Positions 15,807 to 20,000 of a stretch of DNA of 20,000 nucleotides are shown piece after piece. Under the pieces are notes generated by a model. That model was not told the DNA's origin. It searched no databases and saw only the letters and a program-made list of their open reading frames with translations. Source of the DNA: an uncultured virus (IMG/VR IMGVR_UViG_3300026321_000001) (taxonomy: Duplodnaviria > Heunggongvirae > Uroviricota > Caudoviricetes). The position numbers and the translations under genes were made by a program. The stretch lies in IMG/VR virus record IMGVR_UViG_3300026321_000001; one strand, 5' to 3'. The stretch's first letter is position 1; every line of letters starts with the position of its first letter.

Positions 15807-16252
15807 TAGTGGCTGTGCTCCATCTCTACTATGATGTCAAGATCCTTAACGGATACTTTCTCGTACAGTTTACCTGACTCATCCTTAAGATCATAATGAA
15901 ATACTTCATAACTACCGTCCTCTTGCTCCACTAAATCGTGAGCCTCTTCAACGGTAGCACAAAGACCATACTCAGCGTGCTCAACATACTTGGCACACAG
16001 GTGGGTCTTCTTACCTAACTTCTTAGTAATTTTCTTACGACGATTCAAGAGATACTTGTCGTTATCATCTCTATCACCATCATTGTCAATGTCTTTGTCC
16101 TCTTTACCAACAGGATCTAACTTTTTCTTGGCTGCTTCACGCAGACTATCCACCTCAGAACGAAGTAGTGATTTGATTTCTTCTTTCATAAGATCGTCCT
16201 TCTTGGGATTGATGATGACGTTAGATTTTTTCACCCGTTTAGCTTTGGGCAT
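15806..16252 (-). CDS. Hypothetical protein with a DxDNDGDxD Ca-binding-like loop and a His-rich C-terminal domain
   Basis: LDPVGKEDKDIDNDGDRDDNDKYLLNRR followed by HLCAKYVEH...HSH. Confidence 0.75.
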   Translation of the reverse strand: MPKAKRVKKSNVIINPKKDDLMKEEIKSLLRSEVDSLREAAKKKLDPVGKEDKDIDNDGDRDDNDKYLLNRRKKITKKLGKKTHLCAKYVEHAEYGLCATVEEAHDLVEQEDGSYEVFHYDLKDESGKLYEKVSVKDLDIIVEMEHSH

Positions 16253-16256
16253 AATT

Positions 16257-17609
16257 TTACTTACCGAAGTTGGGGAAATGCTTTTTGAATAGAGCAGATG
16301 CTTCTTTATGCTTACCTTTGTTAGTTAGTTCCTTAGTTTGCTTGAGGACACCAGCTTTCTTCTTCTGCTCAGGTGTTTGCTCTTCTTCTAAGTCCCAACC
16401 TAAACGCTCTCTCCAAGAGTTAGCATCAGCATCGAGTGTCTTTTGATCGTGTGCCATAGTTTCTTGCATCGCAAGTATCTGACGAATACGACTTACTTTG
16501 TTTTCCATAGTGGAGTCTTCTCCAAGTTTCCTTGCTAGTTTGTCTGAGCCTTTAGAGACGGCACGTGAGGTTTTACCCACGACCTTCTTAAGTCCTCTAC
16601 CTATTGCACCAGCGGCACGACGGAGTAGAGATTTTTTCTTAGGTTGTTCACCAGCACCACCTGTTGTAGTGGTTGTTGTTGTGGAAGTTGAGGAAGAAGT
16701 TCCAGTTGGAGTAGTAGTTGATCCTGTTGCACCTGTAGCAGTTGGCTTACTGAGTTCAGTACGCTTTGCTTTAATGCGTGCAGCATCATAGGATCCAGCG
16801 GCGTGTCCTGCAGCCTTAGCAGCAGTACCGATAACTTTTTTAGCACCAGTTTTAACAGCAGACTTAACACCAGATCCAACTTTAGCAGCACCAGACTTAA
16901 TTTTTGCACCAAGTCCTTTAGCAGCATTAGCTAGACGTGACATACGTCCCTGTTTCTTTTCACCACCACCCAATTTTGCTCTAGCAAGAGCACCTGCATC
17001 CCTCTCCTTTGTTTTCTGAGGAGCTTGGACAGCAATGTTAGGGTTAGCACTATGCTTTGATGGTGCTTCTGTAAGCAACTCAAGTCCTTCAAAGGAATCG
17101 ATTGCTTCGCTAATTAATTCTTCGGATCCTAAGTCTTCGAGTGCCTCAAGGATTACGTTCTCCAAATCCTCGTCAGTCAACTCATCAAACTCTTCTCCTA
17201 ATTCTTCTACAACATCAGATAGCCAAGAGGTTTCTTCTTTCTGGACAACATTAGTTCCAGTACCTTCTAGTCCACCTTTGTATCCTACTTTCTTTGCATC
17301 GCCTTTTGGCTCGATAGACTTCATTGCAGGGGAAGTAGATCCCTCAGTTGATGGCTTCTCTTTAACCTTATCAATCTTACCACTGGCAGCACTACTCTTT
17401 CCATTGATAGTAGCAGCATTAGAGGTACCATTACCTTGCTCTAACAACTCAGCAATCTCTTTTTGAGCATTAGACTTACAATGCTCCTGTATATAATCCT
17501 GTACAGAATCACCCTCAAAATTGTTTCGAGCGTATGATAATGTATAACGTACTGCTTGCACGTCTGAAGGACTATACTTCAGAAGTTTTGACGTAAGAGT
17601 TAAATCCAT
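16257..17609 (-). CDS. Low-complexity acidic/basic modular protein; putative internal virion protein
   Basis: 450 aa with an acidic block, Ala/Lys/Gly amphipathic repeats and a Thr-rich linker; TAAATA at 17632-17637. Confidence 0.75.
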   Translation of the reverse strand: MDLTLTSKLLKYSPSDVQAVRYTLSYARNNFEGDSVQDYIQEHCKSNAQKEIAELLEQGNGTSNAATINGKSSAASGKIDKVKEKPSTEGSTSPAMKSIEPKGDAKKVGYKGGLEGTGTNVVQKEETSWLSDVVEELGEEFDELTDEDLENVILEALEDLGSEELISEAIDSFEGLELLTEAPSKHSANPNIAVQAPQKTKERDAGALARAKLGGGEKKQGRMSRLANAAKGLGAKIKSGAAKVGSGVKSAVKTGAKKVIGTAAKAAGHAAGSYDAARIKAKRTELSKPTATGATGSTTTPTGTSSSTSTTTTTTTGGAGEQPKKKSLLRRAAGAIGRGLKKVVGKTSRAVSKGSDKLARKLGEDSTMENKVSRIRQILAMQETMAHDQKTLDADANSWRERLGWDLEEEQTPEQKKKAGVLKQTKELTNKGKHKEASALFKKHFPNFGK

Positions 17610-17630
17610 CTGACTAATTCTTTGTAATTA

Positions 17631-18812
17631 CTATTTAGTAGGGGTTGTTTTTCGGAAGTCGCTAAACTTTTTAACAGGTTGACCAGGTGTCATTGCCTGT
17701 ATCGCTGTCCTAATGGTGTCTTGTCCAACCTTCCAGTCGTTACCATCGGGTCCATCATCTACTGATGGATGCTTCTCAACAACTTCAGTAAGTGAAGTTA
17801 ACCATACTTTGAACTCCCATCCGTGCTCATCTTGGAACGTAGCATAGTTAGTACCACGTTGTACAATCTCACCACGTACACCAGTATCGGTATGTTCTAC
17901 TAGAGTACCTATACTGAATACTTCCTCAGATATATATGCTTCACGTAGATCATCTTGAGCAAGCTTAGGAGCAATCTTCCAGAGTTCTTTTACTTCCTTC
18001 TTCTCCAGTTCGGGTGTCTCTACCTCTGGTGGTAGACCCATACCGATACGTACTTCTTTCATCAATTTCTTAACATCTTTGAATCCAGAGGGTACACCCT
18101 TAGAAAATTCTTCAATGTTACCTTCAGCAGCAAACGCACGCATCTTAGAAGCAGACATACCCTCAACACCTTCGGCATCGGGGTCTCTTTCTCCACCAGA
18201 TACTACTTCAAGTTCTTCGAAGTCGTATGCAACACCATTATATTTCTCAAGAAGTCCTTTGAATTCTGATACACGATCAGAACCAACGACCATAGTAACA
18301 CCAGAGTATCCTTCTTGATTTAATGTAGTTAATACATTAAAGATGTTGGACATATCAGCATCGTTAACGATTGCCTCAGAATGTTCTGAGAACATCGACT
18401 GCATAAACTGAATTTTAGATTCTGGTTCTAGTGGATTAGATTTTCTATCCACTGTACGTGATGGGTAAATCCTATAGTTATCTGCTCCTTCAGCAGCAAC
18501 AGTATCGAGAAGTTTCTCGTGTCCTATAGTTGGAGGATTGAAACGTCCAAAAGTTAATGCGATATGTCCTAGTCCTTCTCCACCATTCTCTTCTTTGTGA
18601 GCATCTTCAGCAGAACCTTGTTCAGCACCTTGTTGTGCTTGTTGTGCTTCTGATTTATCAACAGCAACCAGTCTTTCACCACCAACAGACTTGGCAACTA
18701 TGTTACCCTGTCTATCAGCATAGTATCCGTGACCAGCGTGCGAGAGTCCTCTTTTGGAAGCAGCTTCACCTGCTACCGTTCTGGCTTCTGATAAAAATTG
18801 ACTAAGCTTCAT
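17631..18812 (-). CDS. HIGH-superfamily nucleotidyltransferase (cyanophage 'cytidyltransferase')
   Basis: FGRFNPPTIGHEKL, NPL, VVGSDR and MSASKMR motifs; C-terminal SH3/KOW-like beta domain; N-terminus MKLSQFLSEA. Confidence 0.85.
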   Translation of the reverse strand: MKLSQFLSEARTVAGEAASKRGLSHAGHGYYADRQGNIVAKSVGGERLVAVDKSEAQQAQQGAEQGSAEDAHKEENGGEGLGHIALTFGRFNPPTIGHEKLLDTVAAEGADNYRIYPSRTVDRKSNPLEPESKIQFMQSMFSEHSEAIVNDADMSNIFNVLTTLNQEGYSGVTMVVGSDRVSEFKGLLEKYNGVAYDFEELEVVSGGERDPDAEGVEGMSASKMRAFAAEGNIEEFSKGVPSGFKDVKKLMKEVRIGMGLPPEVETPELEKKEVKELWKIAPKLAQDDLREAYISEEVFSIGTLVEHTDTGVRGEIVQRGTNYATFQDEHGWEFKVWLTSLTEVVEKHPSVDDGPDGNDWKVGQDTIRTAIQAMTPGQPVKKFSDFRKTTPTK

Positions 18813-18837
18813 CGCAACTTTTTTCGTTTCCGTTTAT

Positions 18838-18844
18838 TATTTAT
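18838..18844 (-). promoter_or_regulatory. Late promoter ATAAATA
   Basis: Immediately after the upstream stop and about 25 nt before ATG 18812. Confidence 0.6.
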
Positions 18845-20000
18845 CACCTCCACGACTTAGCAGCCGTGAAGTTAGCGCGGGAAAACTCTAGTCTATCAAC
18901 TAACTTCAATGCTTTTCCTGATTTAATCGCTACAAATCCTTCGGGTGCAGTCACTTTAAACCCAGTATCAGTCTTGAGATACGTGCCAACAGACTTAACT
19001 CCATTCAACTTAGCAATAACCATCTTCTTTGCCGCAACTATATTCATATATGATGCTACAGTCATATAAACTGCACGAGAATTTACCTTTAAAAACTTTA
19101 AACCATCTGCTTTTATCTTCTGATACTTCTTCTTGGTGTTCTCTGTCTTAACTGAAGCAATTTGCTTGTCCATAATCGCTACGTAGAACCCATTGAATCC
19201 AGTAGCAACTTGCATTGCATTAGTAATAGTCTTACCACCTCTTATATAAGAGTTGAAATACTGTTTGAATAGAGCAGAGAATAAGAACCTGCCATCACCT
19301 GTACCCTTAAGAGTATCAAGGAACTTAGATGACTGCTTCAATGATCCTAATGTCTTAGATACTTGTGCTTCAAACTTAGTCTTCTCATTTGGTGTGAAGG
19401 TAGACTGTCGTGACACGTCCTTCAGCGTTGCAGTACCAGCAAACACAGCAGGATCTTTAGTGAAACTACCACTAACATCACCCAGTAATGCATTCATAGA
19501 TCCAAGATCAGATCCTTGATACTTGGTATGAAATACTATACCTAACGTTGCAGCAGAAACTTCTTTATAAATGTCAGATCCTTTCTCTACACAATAGGTG
19601 ATAGTGTTAGGTGTGAATGCGATACAGTCTTTACCATCTATCTTCTTAGAAGACTTATCACCATTGGTGAATAGTAAATCACCTTGTATAACACCTTTGA
19701 TATTAAGTTTAGGTAAAAGTTCCAAACAAATACTAAGCTTCTTAGCTAGCTCACCACTGTAACCGTGGAATGATATATCACTTTGAGTTTTAATTAGTTT
19801 TGCTCCAGTCTTATTAAATACAGACTTAGTACCAACAAAGAATAAATCATCTTCAGGATCTATACCACATACAACAGCAGGAGCACCGTCCCACTTAGTA
19901 GTAACAGTAATAGAACTCTTAGGTTCTGATAACATCTTGCCTAGTTCCTTTAAAAAGGCTACAGCATTATGTCCTCCTGTTGTACCGTCATTCAGGATGT
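18844..20000 (-). CDS. RNA-ligase-like covalent nucleotidyltransferase (DUF6267-like); 5' end outside the window
   Basis: The frame is open to the right edge (...ILNDGTTGGHNAVAFLKELGKML). Motifs TTKWDG, IQGDL, PEGFV and LKLVDR occur in ligase motif I/III/IV/V order. Confidence 0.7.
   Translation of the reverse strand, partial: ILNDGTTGGHNAVAFLKELGKMLSEPKSSITVTTKWDGAPAVVCGIDPEDDLFFVGTKSVFNKTGAKLIKTQSDISFHGYSGELAKKLSICLELLPKLNIKGVIQGDLLFTNGDKSSKKIDGKDCIAFTPNTITYCVEKGSDIYKEVSAATLGIVFHTKYQGSDLGSMNALLGDVSGSFTKDPAVFAGTATLKDVSRQSTFTPNEKTKFEAQVSKTLGSLKQSSKFLDTLKGTGDGRFLFSALFKQYFNSYIRGGKTITNAMQVATGFNGFYVAIMDKQIASVKTENTKKKYQKIKADGLKFLKVNSRAVYMTVASYMNIVAAKKMVIAKLNGVKSVGTYLKTDTGFKVTAPEGFVAIKSGKALKLVDRLEFSRANFTAAKSWR

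Noticed and set aside
16660..16745. Repetitive GTT/GTA stretch as a DNA repeat or CRISPR-like array
   Set aside because: It is explained by a Thr/Ser/Gly linker. I saw no repeat-spacer structure, tRNA or IS in the window.
7317..16927. Same-strand alternative-frame ORFs inside nrdB, nrdA, primase and the Lys-rich genes
   Set aside because: They lack start coupling or a ribosome-binding site, and Leu/Gln-rich translations are expected from the codon bias of the main frame.
575..19519. Plus-strand ORFs in the track (e.g. 3483-3857, 9422-9766, 17035-17466)
   Set aside because: They are antisense shadows of well-supported minus-strand genes or RNA elements, with no motifs or expression signals.
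17631..20000. Assignment to the known NAD+ reconstitution pathways (NARP1/NARP2)
   Set aside because: No nicotinamide phosphoribosyltransferase-like or PRPP-synthetase-like partner is visible in the window.

Overview
The window comes from a T4-like marine cyanomyovirus, probably infecting Prochlorococcus or Synechococcus, and almost every gene is on the minus strand. In transcription order (right to left) it holds four blocks. (1) A late block at about 11.2-20 kb: an RNA-ligase-like KxDG protein, a HIGH-family nucleotidyltransferase, several Lys-rich modular proteins that look like protease-processed internal head proteins, and an Ig-like structural protein. (2) Primase gp61, nrdA and nrdB. 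(3) A 2OG-Fe(II) oxygenase, a tandem glutamine-riboswitch-like leader with a DUF4278 peptide, talC, pyrE and a GIY-YIG nuclease. (4) A photosynthesis cluster: hli, membrane microproteins, petF, a DUF2973-like gene and the 5' half of psbA with a structured leader. The most notable observations are a 51-codon ORF nested in the P2 loop of a glutamine-II-like aptamer, a RecA N-terminal-like peptide at the end of a putative internal head polyprotein, a possibly virion-packaged ligase/nucleotidyltransferase pair, a candidate structured RNA and HLR1-like site upstream of psbA, and an ORF overprinted on the GIY-YIG gene. All family assignments come from motif recognition by eye; no searches were run.
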